From Paragordius varius (taxonomy: Eukaryota > Animalia > Nematomorpha), in the NCBI GenBank assembly GCA_964247055.1, contig OZ176051.1, forward strand, positions 5,394,001 through 5,458,000: a stretch of DNA of 64,000 nt, read 5' to 3'. Of this stretch, positions 63,690-64,000 are shown piece after piece. Under the pieces are notes generated by a model. That model was not told the origin of the DNA, searched no databases, and was given only the letters and a program-made list of their open reading frames with translations. Each line of letters begins with the position of its first letter. The stretch's first letter is position 1. Both the position numbers and the translations under genes were made by a program.

Positions 63690-64000
63690 TTTATAAAAAT
63701 AACCTATCATTATGAGCATACTAAAAAGTTATTATTAGAACAACAAAATTATTTACTGCTTTTTTGTTATATTTTAAATCCAATATTGCAGAATCGTTAG
63801 ATAACTTAATCTTTAATTATATTTTTCTAGGCGTTATCTATTTACACCTTGAATTTAACCTCAAAAACATATTCACTTTTAAACTGATTCCTCTTCTCAA
63901 ATACCTAACTTATAAAGAGATGGCACCTTGCTTTTCAAATTATTTGATTCGTACTAAATCTTAAAACTAATTCTTAAGCATTATAAGGCGTTATAATATT

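Noticed and set aside
1-64000. rRNA, tRNA, snRNA or spliced-leader RNA genes; alternative genetic code; U12-type introns
   Set aside because: None was recognised by eye. All reconstructed genes translate with the standard code and use GT-AG sites without the ATCCTT U12 donor.

Overview
AT-rich animal (invertebrate-type) genomic DNA using the standard code. It contains six intron/exon-reconstructed genes: the 5' part of a TRPM channel (-, runs off the left edge), a secreted CAP/SCP-TAPS protein (+, head-to-head with TRPM), WDR70 (+), MRPS30/mL65 (-), a single-exon 906-aa large-Maf bZIP factor (+) and an LRCH LRR/calponin-homology protein (-). Repeats include a full-length but decayed RTE LINE with a target-site duplication, several LINE relics, a Helitron-like family (one dispersed copy plus a 3.5-kb tandem expansion), five foldback-type MITEs, hAT-like MITEs and (TA)n tracts. 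The standout signal is eight GT-AG micro-introns of only 22-28 nt in three genes. Each must be removed to restore the reading frame, most visibly join conserved protein motifs, none has a length divisible by 3, and they coexist with ordinary 51-1400 nt introns in the same window. All homology calls were made by eye from remembered family motifs; no database search or RNA evidence was available.
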